From Tubiluchus corallicola (lineage: Eukaryota; Animalia; Priapulida), in contig JAQGDQ010000021.1 of assembly GCA_030141605.1 (NCBI GenBank), positions 496,001 through 560,000 of the forward strand: a DNA stretch of 64,000 bases. The letters are read 5' to 3'. How positions within the stretch are numbered: the first letter of the stretch is position 1; the number at the start of each line of letters is the position of its first letter. A model generated the notes under the pieces. The model did no database searches, was not told where the DNA came from, and worked only from the letters and a program-made list of their open reading frames with translations. Shown piece after piece: positions 63,301-64,000 of the stretch. The translations under genes were made by a program, and so were the position numbers.

Positions 63301-63956
63301 GTATGTATATTAAAGCACTTCTGTTGTAAACATGTAATTATGTACCCTTTAGAAAACTTTATCTAGTACAAGTTTGTTGGCTGAAATAACTTCCTTGTGA
63401 AGAAAGGAGCGTGACGTACATAGAATGTTGGTAGTGCTTAGGTATATTTGTTACTGGGAACCTTTATGTACGTGTATTATTTTATACAAGTCACACGGGT
63501 AGCTTGCATAAATTCCGCCATCCATTTATTTTAATTTGAGATTGTGGAATTTACATTACGCATGGAAGTCACTAGTGGTTAGCCGTTCATATTGTTAACA
63601 TTTTGAGTAAGTAGAGTAGAGAATAATGCGTAATCAGTAATTTAATTAATATTCAAACTGCACAGGAATAATTAACTTATTTTTGCTATATTAGTTTCTT
63701 TGTGCCCATAAATGTTTAAAATGTCTAAGAGAAATGAGCTCTAACGTTGCTTGCATATAAAGCGTGTGTAGTTTTTGCATTTTGGAACTTCGGCTAATAT
63801 ATCAGTTAATAAGCTATACGAGTACACAAATCAGTCATTGGTGTAATTAATTAATTAATTTGTGAACTACTCTTGCAAGTCGCGCAGGTTCCCTGGCGGC
63901 CATACTTTTACGTGTATAATTACTCGATATTTTCGGTAGATTTTTGACCGCACATT

Positions 63957-63980
63957 TATATATATATATATATATATATA
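63957..63980. repeat. (TA)n microsatellite
   Basis: A run of TA dinucleotides. Confidence 0.9.
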
Positions 63981-64000
63981 CATTTATATATATGTGGCTG

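Overview
AT-rich, intron-rich metazoan (invertebrate-like; taxon not determinable here) genomic DNA, not prokaryotic. Left 40 kb is gene-dense: the last 7 coding exons of AP-3 complex subunit delta (AP3D1, +, 391-5476), a complete metal-regulatory transcription factor MTF-1 (+, 9270-19060, six C2H2 fingers, one GC-AG intron), a complete 18-exon ARMC2 (-, 35002-22450, tail-to-tail with MTF-1), and the 5' part of a SCHIP1-like gene (+, coding exon 40371-40856, head-to-head with ARMC2). The right ~23 kb is a long intron full of transposon remnants (RTE LINE lacking its endonuclease, hAT MITE, Helentron/HINE-like elements, decayed LINE pieces), with a probable alternative first coding exon at 62971-63300. 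All exon chains were hand-assembled and are phase-consistent. The most unusual observations are: (i) a 34-bp minisatellite built from about 21 tandem copies of an AP3D1 exon/5'-splice-site junction, giving an array of decoy donors and some acceptors; (ii) a GC donor inside the finger1-finger2 zinc-sensing linker of MTF-1 (TGEYT instead of mammalian RGEYT), with an in-frame stop on read-through and a piggyBac plus nested hAT MITE in that intron; (iii) an optional C-terminal MTF-1 exon whose donor overlaps the stop codon; (iv) two different 169-bp satellites flanking a putative bidirectional promoter; (v) a hairpin with a compensatory base-pair change shared by two rolling-circle-like repeats. 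No CRISPR, rRNA or tRNA was seen, and I cannot demonstrate a wholly new biological system from sequence alone.
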